A stretch of 63,134 nucleotides of DNA, the filler included, from Chiloscyllium plagiosum (Eukaryota), in the NCBI RefSeq assembly GCF_004010195.1. It is 4 parts of one record of this genome, joined end to end, with 100 filler letters (N's around TTAATTAATTAA, not from the genome) between each part and the next. Parts side by side here need not be neighbours in the genome. Positions count along the whole stretch, not along the records: positions 56,868 to 63,134 come from NC_057712.1; 3 more parts are not named here. One strand, 5' to 3'. The translations under genes were made by a program, and so were the position numbers. Every line of letters begins with the position of its first letter. Position 1 is the first letter of the stretch. Positions 63,052 through 63,134 of the stretch are shown here, piece by piece. Under the pieces are notes generated by a model, which saw only the letters and a program-made list of their open reading frames with translations, was not told the origin of the DNA and did no database searches.

Positions 63052-63134
63052 TCATTGTAGAGTCATAGAGTCATAGAGATGTACAGCATGGAAACCAGAT
63101 ATCCCAACCCAATCTAGTCCCACCTGCCAGCACC
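63052..63134 (-). mobile_element. HER1-type CR1 3' tail (runs off the window end)
   Basis: TAGAGTCATAGAGTCATAGAGATGTACAGCATGGAAAC. Confidence 0.85.

Overview
This is eukaryotic, repeat-rich vertebrate DNA, most likely from an elasmobranch (shark), judged by HE1-type V-SINEs and HER1-type CR1 LINEs. The only host coding sequence I can support is one 139-bp internal exon on the + strand (57183-57321) of a sine oculis-binding protein homolog (SOBP or a paralog). The rest is probably intron 1 and intron 2, filled with nested, mostly decayed transposable elements: several CR1 LINE families, a single-ORF LINE with a tRNA-like head plus its bipartite SINE, Penelope-like elements (PLEs), Gmr1-like Gypsy remnants, a Harbinger remnant and an L1 3' end. 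The most interesting signals are: (1) at least 12 PLE terminal-repeat copies, several with minimal hammerhead-ribozyme (HHR) cores and many forming short TSD-flanked foldback units whose inversion point lies at the ribozyme; (2) a strand-specific conserved hairpin in the 5' UTRs of divergent CR1 families; (3) a LINE/SINE pair sharing both ends. Three 100-bp spacers (N44-TTAATTAATTAA-N44) are assembly joins, so long-range continuity is not guaranteed. Most ORFs in the supplied track are TE fragments or noise. TE boundaries are read by eye and approximate.
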